From a virus (taxonomy: Duplodnaviria > Caudoviricetes): a stretch of 43,104 nucleotides of DNA. The stretch lies in IMG/VR virus record IMGVR_UViG_3300044852_000024, positions 1-43,104 of that record. One strand, given 5' to 3'. The notes under the pieces are model-generated. The model ran no database searches and was not told the DNA's origin. It was given only the letters and a program-made list of their open reading frames with translations. Positions 26,243 to 34,007 of this stretch are shown here, piece by piece; positions within the stretch are counted from its first letter, which is position 1; each line of letters opens with the position of its first letter. A program made the position numbers and the translations under genes.

Positions 26243-27804
26243 CAGAGCACCGATATCTTGCCGTCGGCGCTGATTACCAGCGAACCAGATTTGAGCATTG
26301 CATCGATTCTCGCAGTGATCGCCTTGTACCCGCTTCCTGGCATTGATCGGAACGGCTTGCGACCTCTCAGCTTGTCCCGCAGCGAACGCATCACCATCGG
26401 CCTCTCAAGCACCGAGATAACTGCCGACTCTTCAGCATCAAGACCCGACTCGCCGGCATCGCGAATAAGCTGCTGGATGTGCGAACCAAGCGCATCGATT
26501 AAATCCATTGAGGCAAAGATCAGGCTATCTGGAATAATCTCCGGAACCTTGCATCCGCTGGCGTGGCACTCGAACACATGAATGATGGCGGCGATCTTCA
26601 GCACGAATGTTTCGAACTTGCCGATCCAGGACAGCATCACCATGTCGCCGGATTCCTTCAGGCTTTGCATGTGCGGTTCGTTCTTCCTGGCGCGCAACAG
26701 GAACTCCATTTGGCCGCGCTCGGTTGGCCGCAACTGAATCAGGTTGTCCGGGTCATAAATGATGCGCTCCTCCGAGTTTGCAAACGACAGGATGTTGTTC
26801 GAATAGATGTCAATGCAGCTCTGCGCCGCCTTGCGGTACTCGGCCTGATCGTCATTCGAGACTCGGATACCTTCATGCTTGCGGAACCCCAAAAGATCCG
26901 GCTCGCAGATGAAGATGAATCGCTCTGCCAATCCAGAGCCGCCAGAAGCATTCAATACGCGCCGAGACGAGCCAGGCTGCGCCACCAGCGTGATCGATCC
27001 CTGTGCAACCCCTTCATATGCCTTTCGCGTGGTTCGCATCCCAGCGACGTCCTCGCCAGCCCACCCCTTGAGCAGCAGCTCGTTGTTGCTTGGGAATGCG
27101 CCATCGGGGAACAGCGACGAAAATGCTGACTGCTCAGCGGACGCCACGACAAAGCGGCCCTCGGAACAATTCGCCATGTGGCTATCCATGCCGGCAGACG
27201 TCGGATCGGTCGTGTAATAAAAGCCAGGCAGCAACGATGCGGGCGGCTTCTGATCGCGCTCGATAAACTCACGAATGCGCCCGCCGATCTTTCGGTTATG
27301 CGCGCTCATACCCTTCTTGTACGGATCAAGCCCAATCCCCAACAACCAGCTTTTCTTCGTTGCTGGAGGTTGCTCGATAACTGTGTACAACCCCAGCGCA
27401 ACAGTCTTGCCGGTGTCGTACTGAACGGCATAAGCCGTCGACGCAATTGAACTTGCCGTGGACAGCAGCGCCATAAAAACGCTTGCTTCTGGAAACTCCA
27501 GGCATTCAGCAGTTACTTCAGCCAGGCGACCAATGACCGTATCCATCAGCTCATCCGGGATTTGAAGCATCGGCTCGATTCGATCAACTTCAGAAAACTT
27601 CTCGGCACGCTTTGCTCGCGGCTTTCTTGGTGCAACCGGAGTTGGAATCGGAACATTTTTCTGTATCTCTTCATACACTCCGATGTCATAGGCTTCGATT
27701 GCGAACTCTTCATCATCCGGCATGACGTTCGTATATAGCTCTACCGGCGCAACATCAAACTCTGGCGGATTGCTGATATCGATATCCATTATGCGATCCG
27801 CCAC
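26242..27804 (-). CDS. DUF3987/YfjI-like replication protein (putative origin-binding helicase)
   Basis: 520 aa; Walker-A-like 'QPPATKKS', 'TDPTSAG', 'LLKGWAG', 'SGLAERF'; winged-helix-like C-terminus; adjacent to the iteron region. Confidence 0.7.
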   Translation of the reverse strand: MADRIMDIDISNPPEFDVAPVELYTNVMPDDEEFAIEAYDIGVYEEIQKNVPIPTPVAPRKPRAKRAEKFSEVDRIEPMLQIPDELMDTVIGRLAEVTAECLEFPEASVFMALLSTASSIASTAYAVQYDTGKTVALGLYTVIEQPPATKKSWLLGIGLDPYKKGMSAHNRKIGGRIREFIERDQKPPASLLPGFYYTTDPTSAGMDSHMANCSEGRFVVASAEQSAFSSLFPDGAFPSNNELLLKGWAGEDVAGMRTTRKAYEGVAQGSITLVAQPGSSRRVLNASGGSGLAERFIFICEPDLLGFRKHEGIRVSNDDQAEYRKAAQSCIDIYSNNILSFANSEERIIYDPDNLIQLRPTERGQMEFLLRARKNEPHMQSLKESGDMVMLSWIGKFETFVLKIAAIIHVFECHASGCKVPEIIPDSLIFASMDLIDALGSHIQQLIRDAGESGLDAEESAVISVLERPMVMRSLRDKLRGRKPFRSMPGSGYKAITARIDAMLKSGSLVISADGKISVL

Positions 27805-28010
27805 AACCGATAGCCGCCCTCGACTTTGCGGCGCGTCATCTTGAACTCAGGATTGTGCCGATTGGCATAACCCTTGCCGGCATTCTGAGCGCTCTCTACC
27901 TCTGGCAATTCCTCAAAGAAAAAGCTGTCGCCAATTTGCATTTTGGCAAACGGGTACTTCTTTTTGGATTGGTGATTCTGCAAAGGAACCCCCTTTTCAA
28001 TCTTCGTCAT
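27789..28010 (-). CDS. Small DNA-binding protein (KIEKGVP...KYPFAKMQIGDSFF...G.RLWR)
   Basis: 73 aa; GAGGG RBS; widespread phage motif. Confidence 0.7.
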   Translation of the reverse strand: MTKIEKGVPLQNHQSKKKYPFAKMQIGDSFFFEELPEVESAQNAGKGYANRHNPEFKMTRRKVEGGYRLWRIA

Positions 28011-28119
28011 GCCGCACCCTCTCTGTGTGTTTTGGCGAGTCTATGGCGTCGATTACGTTCAGTCAACGTTTGTGTGCTGTTTGCGATTGAATTTGCGCAT
28101 TAGGCGAATGTTCAGCGTG

Positions 28120-28390
28120 TTTATGTGCAGCGTGAGTGCAGGTTACGTGCAGCAATTGCCCGCACCTCCAGGCCACGCCGCATAAGGCTTTGAGGTGGTT
28201 TACGTGCTCTACGTGCAGTTTTTAAAAAAAATGCATTTATTGATCAAAATTTAACCAGTTGTCGACTTTTAAAACTACGCGCACCTGAAAACTGCCCGCA
28301 CTGCCCGCAGAATCGCTGAAAGCCACGCCGTACAAGGGCTAGACCTACGTGCTCATGCTGCCCGCACTCTGCCCGCAGCTGCCCGCACTT
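28120..28390. repeat. Putative replication origin: 8-bp iterons TGCMCGYA in both orientations around an AT-rich core
   Basis: TGCCCGCA x6 (28157, 28293, 28302, 28359, 28370, 28380); TACGYGCW x5 (28144, 28201, 28210, 28276, 28346); AT-rich 28219-28275. Confidence 0.75.
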
Positions 28391-28471
28391 TGATTTCCTT
28401 ACCTAAAAGTCAGGATTTACAAAACGGCATAGATCGCAGCCTGGATATGCAAAATCATTTTCGAAAGGGTG

Positions 28472-28500
28472 TTGACATAGTTTTGGTTGTGGGCGATTAT
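28472..28500 (+). promoter_or_regulatory. Sigma70-like promoter TTGACA-17-GATTAT (only half an operator) driving the non-coding cluster
   Basis: Same family as the early promoters; predicted start ~28506 coincides with the first RNA stem. Confidence 0.75.
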
Positions 28501-28505
28501 TGGGA

Positions 28506-28634
28506 TGTGGTGAATGAGCAGGTCGATGCTCAGCAAGGGCCGGAAGCTTGGCGAATCTGAACAACGGTATCGATCCCGTAACTCGCGCAAGTCCCTAAAC
28601 AACTCCAAGCCGGAGATCGACACCGGCCACCACA
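28506..28634 (+). ncRNA. Kissing-loop tRNA-shaped RNA, copy 1
   Basis: Closing stem TGTGGTG/CACCACA; hairpin TGAGCA-GGTCGA-TGCTCA; hairpin GCCGG-AGATCGACA-CCGGC; loops pair GTCGA/TCGAC. Confidence 0.65.
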
Positions 28635-28693
28635 AGGCTTACTCGACATACGGCCATTATGTTTTGTCGATGACAGCCCGGAATAGACGGCAA

Positions 28694-28702
28694 CGCTCTT
28701 TA
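28694..28702 (+). promoter_or_regulatory. boxA-like antitermination element CGCTCTTTA
   Basis: Matches the lambdoid/rrn boxA consensus, ~190 nt after the promoter. Confidence 0.5.
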
Positions 28703-29118
28703 AATCTGAGTTGTTATTCGCGTATCGCTTATCTTGCGGTGGCTCTGCCGATACTAAAGATGGATGACCGGCACTTTAGGCGGTACACTAATAACAATTA
28801 CACCGACTACACCGACAGTGAATATCCATATCGGATAGGATCAGATCGGAACAGACCGTTAGATCGAAAGCGCTAACTCCGGATAAAGGTAACCGGAACT
28901 AATCAACCAACGCCGCCGCTGTAACCGTCAGCACATCGGTAAACTTCGCAAAGTTTGCAGTGACCGTACTTCCTCATCGGTAGCGCAATGCGATGAATGT
29001 GTTAGCCAGGGTCGGGTTCTCCCTTGTAGTCAGTAGTCGCGCTGATGGCGAAAGAGCGATAATGGATGCGTGATGTAGGACGCCAGCCCGCAGATGCGGA
29101 AATCGTCTTTATCGGAAT

Positions 29119-29197
29119 GTCATCTGCCAGGAGGTAGCGCGGGGTAAGGGCTGATCGCCTAGCCTGCAACGTGGTTCGAATCCACACAGATGGCACC
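29119..29197 (+). ncRNA. tRNA-like element (acceptor-like stem plus T-arm, no canonical anticodon arm)
   Basis: GTCATCTG/CAGATGGC then ACC; GTGG-TTCGAAT-CCAC T-arm; ~77 nt. Confidence 0.5.
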
Positions 29198-29199
29198 CC

Positions 29200-29308
29200 G
29201 ATGCAGATGTAAGAGCAGGCTGATGCTCATGCCCGTCGTGCGAGGCCAAGTCGTTGAGGGTCTTCCTCTAAAACAGGTCAACTCGGATTCAGCAACCGAA
29301 TCTGCATC
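29200..29308 (+). ncRNA. Kissing-loop tRNA-shaped RNA, copy 2
   Basis: Closing stem GATGCAGAT/ATCTGCATC; GAGCA-GGCTGA-TGCTC; TCGG-ATTCAGCAA-CCGA; loops pair GCTGA/TCAGC. Confidence 0.65.
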
Positions 29309-29311
29309 ATC

Positions 29312-29341
29312 AGCCCGCAACCTCACGGAAGCGGGCTTTTT
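29312..29341 (+). terminator. Intrinsic terminator closing the ncRNA cluster before terS
   Basis: AGCCCGC-12 nt-GCGGGCT-TTTT. Confidence 0.75.
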
Positions 29342-29394
29342 CATTTCTGCTGGCGTGATATAGTTTCAGGCATACGGACAGGATGGGGAGCAAC

Positions 29395-29952
29395 ATGAAC
29401 GCTGAGCAAAAACTTCTATTCGACGAGCTTACCGATTTGCAGCAGCGGGTAGCCACCGGAGTGCTCGCAGGCATGACGCAACGAGCTGCGTACTACGCTG
29501 GCGGCGGAAAAGCCAAAGACGACCCTGGTGCGGATATGAGCGCCTGCCAGATCATAGGAAATCCAAAGGTGAAAGCCTTCATGGATTCCATGAAATTGCA
29601 AGCTGTTTCTGATGCGATTATGAGTCGTGAAGAGATGCTTGCCCGGCTGTCCCTGTTCGCAAGGAAGGGCGTGAAGGACATCGTCAAGTTCAAGACCACG
29701 GTTGTCGGCATTGACCCGGAAACCGGTGAAGCTGTCGAGCAAACTGTATGGGTGATCCCTGATGACGTCATGCAGAACGAGGACGACTTATCAATTATCT
29801 CAGAGCTTGAAGTCGGCAAGCACGGCCCGAAGATCAAGACTCATTCCAGTCTTCAGGCTATGGCGCAGATTGCCAAGCTCCAAGGCTACGAGGCTGCGCA
29901 AAAGGTCGACAACACCCACCGCATCGTCGATGACGGCTCGAATGAATGGTAG
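29395..29952 (+). CDS. terS: Terminase small subunit
   Basis: ATG at 29395 after GGAG; 'LTDLQQR...TQRAAYYAGG...NPKVKAF'; directly upstream of TerL. Confidence 0.85.
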   Translation: MNAEQKLLFDELTDLQQRVATGVLAGMTQRAAYYAGGGKAKDDPGADMSACQIIGNPKVKAFMDSMKLQAVSDAIMSREEMLARLSLFARKGVKDIVKFKTTVVGIDPETGEAVEQTVWVIPDDVMQNEDDLSIISELEVGKHGPKIKTHSSLQAMAQIAKLQGYEAAQKVDNTHRIVDDGSNEW

Positions 29953-31178
29953 ACCTGGCTGAATTCCGCAAGCACGTAAAGGAGAACTCTCCAGCCTTCG
30001 TGCCATTGTTTGCCAACCAGAGCCGTTACCAGGTTGCATGGGGCGGAGCCGGCTCGGGTAAATCCCACATCGTGGCCCGCAAGATCCTTTATCGCCTTCT
30101 CAAAGAGCAGGATGTAGCCCACAACTTCCTGGTTATCCGCAAGGTTGACCGGACTATCAAGCGATCCGTGTTTACTCTGGTTCGCAACATCATCAGCCGC
30201 TGGAAGCTCACCAGCGAGTTCAATGTGAACCTGGCTGACAAGACCATTACCTACAAGCCGAACGGCTCTCAGATCATGTTCAGCGGCCTGGACGACGTGG
30301 AGAAGTTGAAGTCCATTGAGGGCGTCACATCCATCTGGTGCGAAGAGGCTACCGAGCTTACTCAGCAGGACTTTGAACAGCTCGACCTTCGACTTCGCGG
30401 CGACCATGGATGCCTGAAGCAAATCATCCTCACACTCAACCCGATCAGCGAACAGCACTGGATCAAGAAGATTTTCTTCGACGAGCCGATGGAGGGCGTG
30501 TTCACCCTGCACACAACCTACCTAGACAACGCGTTCATCGACGCCGAATACAAGATGGTGATGGAGAACAAGCGCCAGACAAACCCGCGCTACTTCAACA
30601 TCTACGCCCTTGGTAACTGGGGCACCGCTGAAGGCTTGATCTTCCCGTCTGTCACGCAGCGCCTGATACGCGAGGAAGAGGTTGCGAAGCTGGATTGTGT
30701 GCAGGGCCTGGACTTTGGCTATACGAACGACCCAACGGCTTTCAGCCAGTCCTACGTCGACTTCCCGAACAAGAAGATTTACGTCTACGATGGCTTCTAT
30801 GAGAAGGGCATGAGCAACGCCAAGATCGCTGACACCATCAAGGCCATGAAGGCGCACAGGCACAAGACGGTAGCCGACAGTTCTGAGCCGAAGTCAATCG
30901 ATTACATCCGAACAAAGGACGTGAAAATCGAGGGCGCCGCCAAAGGCCCTGATTCTGTCAGCGCCGGCATCGACTTCCTGAGCGAGTTCGAAATAATCGT
31001 TAATGCCCATCTGGTCGAATTCATGACAGAATTCAACAACTACAGTTGGGCGCTCGACAGAAACGGTAAGGCCACCAACAAGCCGGTTGACGACTTCAAC
31101 CACTTCATCGACTCGCTGAGATATTCGCTTGAGTCGCATATGAAGAACGCTAAGCGAGATTGGAGAAGCATGCTATGA
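29946..31178 (+). CDS. terL: Terminase large subunit, PBSX family
   Basis: 'GGAGSGKS', 'WCEEATE', 'LTLNP', 'GLDFGYTNDP', 'NHFIDSLRY'. Confidence 0.95.
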   Translation: MVDLAEFRKHVKENSPAFVPLFANQSRYQVAWGGAGSGKSHIVARKILYRLLKEQDVAHNFLVIRKVDRTIKRSVFTLVRNIISRWKLTSEFNVNLADKTITYKPNGSQIMFSGLDDVEKLKSIEGVTSIWCEEATELTQQDFEQLDLRLRGDHGCLKQIILTLNPISEQHWIKKIFFDEPMEGVFTLHTTYLDNAFIDAEYKMVMENKRQTNPRYFNIYALGNWGTAEGLIFPSVTQRLIREEEVAKLDCVQGLDFGYTNDPTAFSQSYVDFPNKKIYVYDGFYEKGMSNAKIADTIKAMKAHRHKTVADSSEPKSIDYIRTKDVKIEGAAKGPDSVSAGIDFLSEFEIIVNAHLVEFMTEFNNYSWALDRNGKATNKPVDDFNHFIDSLRYSLESHMKNAKRDWRSML

Positions 31179-32422
31179 GCAACAAGAAGCGCGGCGGTAA
31201 TGGCAAGCCAAAGTTCAGGGACGGCATGACGAACATCGTCAACGGCCTGGCAAATCGCCGGTCTGCTGTTGCGACCAACATCATCACTTCGACTCGCCTG
31301 GATGACGCCCAGCTTCGCGCCATCTTCAAGACTGGGCTGGGCGCAAAGATAATCAGTATCAAGACTGGTTACGCGCTGAATGACACGCTTCAGTTTGCGA
31401 ACGACAAGGACGAGGAACTTTACAAGCGCCGATTGCAGCGAGCCGTGAAGAAGGCATCCAAATTCATGCTGGGCTTCGGTCGCGGGATCATCCTACTGAA
31501 TGAGCGTGGCGCCGATCTATCGAAACCCCTCACTGGTCCGCTGGATCTGGCCAAGGTCAAGCTTGACGTGTTCAGCGGCGACATGGTCACGCCGATGGAT
31601 GTCAGCATCGACCTGAACGATGTGCGCTACCAGAAGCCGAAGACTTACAGCGTTCGCGGCAAGTCCTTCCACTGGTCGAGGGTTATCGACTTCACCTATT
31701 ACGCACCGCCTGAGCTTGACCTGCCGAACTACCGTTACGGTGGTATCAGCGAATTTGAAATGATTCACACGCAACTCATCAACGACGGCATCGTTGAGCG
31801 GGCAAGTGGTGCGATCCTCGAAAAGAACTCGACGCTGTTCCATAAGATCAAGGGTTTCGCTGATGCCGTGCGATGCGGCGATGATGACTACCTGATCAGC
31901 TATTACGCCAAGCTGGCTGAGATCCGCGGTATCTACGGTGATGGCCTGATTGATGGCGAAGACGATGTGATCAGCATCGCGCAGACGCTGACCAACTTGG
32001 ACGCCGTCGACAACATCACCATTCGCCGCCTAGCGCTGGTGACATCGATCCCGGTTCCATTGCTGGTTGGCGAGTCCGTCCAAGGTCTGAACAGCAGTGG
32101 CAGCCAGGAACGTCAGTCGTTCCAGGACATGGTCGAAAACCTCCAGTTCGATTACCTGGAAGATCCGATTAAGGAGTTGTGCGGCCACTTCGGAATCGAC
32201 GACGTCTGCTTCAAAGAGAACCAGGGCGGCACCGCGACCGAACGTATGGACTTTGAAACTAAGGTCATCGATAACGCGCTTAAGCTGGAGTCTATGGGTG
32301 AGGATGGCCACGCCTATCTGATCGAGCACGACGTCATCAAGAAGGATGCATGGGCTGAGCTGTTTGCGGCGCCAAAGAATGAACCTGTAGCGGATGAGTC
32401 TACCGATATTCAGTTGACATAG
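31175..32422 (+). CDS. Portal protein (DUF1073-like)
   Basis: Follows TerL; ~415 aa; 'IPVPLLVGESVQGLNSSG'. Confidence 0.85.
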   Translation: MSNKKRGGNGKPKFRDGMTNIVNGLANRRSAVATNIITSTRLDDAQLRAIFKTGLGAKIISIKTGYALNDTLQFANDKDEELYKRRLQRAVKKASKFMLGFGRGIILLNERGADLSKPLTGPLDLAKVKLDVFSGDMVTPMDVSIDLNDVRYQKPKTYSVRGKSFHWSRVIDFTYYAPPELDLPNYRYGGISEFEMIHTQLINDGIVERASGAILEKNSTLFHKIKGFADAVRCGDDDYLISYYAKLAEIRGIYGDGLIDGEDDVISIAQTLTNLDAVDNITIRRLALVTSIPVPLLVGESVQGLNSSGSQERQSFQDMVENLQFDYLEDPIKELCGHFGIDDVCFKENQGGTATERMDFETKVIDNALKLESMGEDGHAYLIEHDVIKKDAWAELFAAPKNEPVADESTDIQLT

Positions 32423-32442
32423 TTATTATACTTTGCGATTAT
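32414..32442 (+). promoter_or_regulatory. Sigma70-like promoter with operator (TTGACA-17-GATTAT; ATAGTTATTAT at 32419-32429)
   Basis: Member of the repeated family; overlaps the portal stop codon; precedes the methyltransferase. Confidence 0.8.
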
Positions 32443-32473
32443 CAACGCCTACTTACCGACAGGGCTGCAAATA

Positions 32474-33178
32474 ATGACTATTCAACTGATGCAAGGCGAC
32501 TGCCTGGAGCTGATGAAATCTGTCCCGGATGCGTCTGTGGATATGGTGTTGTGCGATTTGCCGTACGGCACGACGCAGAACAAGTGGGACTCGGTTATTC
32601 CGCTGGATCTGCTTTGGGCGCAGTACAAGCGGATTTGCAAGGGCGCGATTGTGCTGACTGCGGGCCAGCCTTTTACGTCACTGCTTGTTACGAGCAATCT
32701 CAAGATGTTCAAGTACGTCATGGCTTGGGATAAAACTCAGGTCACGGGTTTCCTTAATTCAAAAAGGCAGCCTCTACGTAGACATGAAGACGTAGCGGTT
32801 TTTTATGCCCGCCAGCCAACGTATAACCCGCAATTCACTCAAGGTGATGCTTACTCCATAAACCGAAAGCATTCCACCGAAAGCTATGGTGCCCAGTCGA
32901 ACAACTCGACCGTGAGCGATGGGCGCCGCTTCCCGACAAGCGTGATCAATATTCCACAGGTTCGCGTAAAGGATGGACACCCAACCCAAAAGCCCGTCGC
33001 GCTCATGGAATACCTAATCCGCACCTACACCAACGAAGGCATGACCGTTCTCGACAACTGCATGGGCAGCGGCACCACCGGTGTTGCTTGCGTTAACACT
33101 GGTCGCAACTTCATAGGCATCGAGATGGATGTCGAATATTTTTCAATCGCTAAGGATCGGATCGAGGGCACACAATGA
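32474..33178 (+). CDS. DNA methyltransferase (N6-adenine/N4-cytosine, beta class), orphan
   Basis: 'GDCLELM', 'DLPY', 'HPTQKPVALMEYLI', 'VLDNCMGSGTT'. Confidence 0.92.
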   Translation: MTIQLMQGDCLELMKSVPDASVDMVLCDLPYGTTQNKWDSVIPLDLLWAQYKRICKGAIVLTAGQPFTSLLVTSNLKMFKYVMAWDKTQVTGFLNSKRQPLRRHEDVAVFYARQPTYNPQFTQGDAYSINRKHSTESYGAQSNNSTVSDGRRFPTSVINIPQVRVKDGHPTQKPVALMEYLIRTYTNEGMTVLDNCMGSGTTGVACVNTGRNFIGIEMDVEYFSIAKDRIEGTQ

Positions 33179-34002
33179 AGCGTCAACTGACCGCCGCAAA
33201 GCCGACACCAATCAAGGCGCCCAAGTCTCCGCGAAGCATCGAAAATGAGCTGGCCGACATGATTGAATTCATGGTCGATACCATGGCCAAGCGATTTCAG
33301 AATCAGGTGCTTGGCCAGCTTCAGGTCAGGACGGTGGAGAAGTTTGCGGACGCCCAGACCGGCAACTTCGCTTCGATCCTCCTGCGCCTATCCAAGGCCG
33401 CACAAAAGTCCATCCTCAAACAGTTCGGCGATGATCGCATTGATACCATCAGCCAGGCCGTACTGGCAAAACTGGATAAGAAGTCCAAGGAGGAATTCTA
33501 CAAGCGCGTGGCCGCCAAGACCGGTATCAACCTGACTGACCTGATCGCCAAAGAGGGGATGAAAGCGACCACGAATGCACTGATGACTGAGACTGCGCAG
33601 TGGATCAAAACTCTGCGAGACGACACATTCCAGAAATTCACTAACAACACCCTGTTCGCCATGAGCCAGGGCGAGTCGCTGGATACCATCGTCAGCCAGT
33701 TTGATGACGTCGTGTCCGAGCGCAAGAACCATGCCAAGTTTCTAGCCAGAAATCAGGTGCAGAATTACAACTCCATCACGACCAAGATCCGAGCGCAGAA
33801 CCTGGGGATCACCAAGGCCATCTGGGAGACCGCTGGTGATGAGCGTGTCCGTCCGTCGCATGAGGATCGAGAAGGCAAGGAATTCGATCTAGCAGAGGGG
33901 CTGTATTCCGACGTTGACGGCCTGTATCTGTTGCCGGGCACCGACTACAATTGCCGATGCACCTACACGATGATCATCCCGGAAACGGTCGAAGAGGAAT
34001 AA
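33175..34002 (+). CDS. Head morphogenesis protein (SPP1 gp7/Mu gpF-like)
   Basis: 'WETAGDERVRPSH...PGTDYNCRC'. Confidence 0.9.
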   Translation: MKRQLTAAKPTPIKAPKSPRSIENELADMIEFMVDTMAKRFQNQVLGQLQVRTVEKFADAQTGNFASILLRLSKAAQKSILKQFGDDRIDTISQAVLAKLDKKSKEEFYKRVAAKTGINLTDLIAKEGMKATTNALMTETAQWIKTLRDDTFQKFTNNTLFAMSQGESLDTIVSQFDDVVSERKNHAKFLARNQVQNYNSITTKIRAQNLGITKAIWETAGDERVRPSHEDREGKEFDLAEGLYSDVDGLYLLPGTDYNCRCTYTMIIPETVEEE

Positions 34003-34007
34003 GGATT

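Noticed and set aside
28140-28390. Short repeats as a CRISPR array
   Set aside because: Units are 8-9 bp, irregularly spaced and in both orientations, with no cas genes; iteron-like instead
28514-28876. 120-aa ORF (and the internal 38-aa MDDRHF... ORF) as a protein gene
   Set aside because: No clear RBS; the start is ~8 nt from the predicted TSS inside an RNA stem; atypical composition; overlaps the covarying RNA structure. Not fully excluded
29119-29197. Canonical tRNA gene
   Set aside because: No proper D-arm or 7-nt anticodon loop could be drawn, so it is reported only as tRNA-like
29200-29308. HDV-like (theta) ribozyme after the tRNA-like element, or a group I intron
   Set aside because: The topology is an end-to-end closing stem with kissing hairpins, not the HDV nested double pseudoknot; no group I core elements seen
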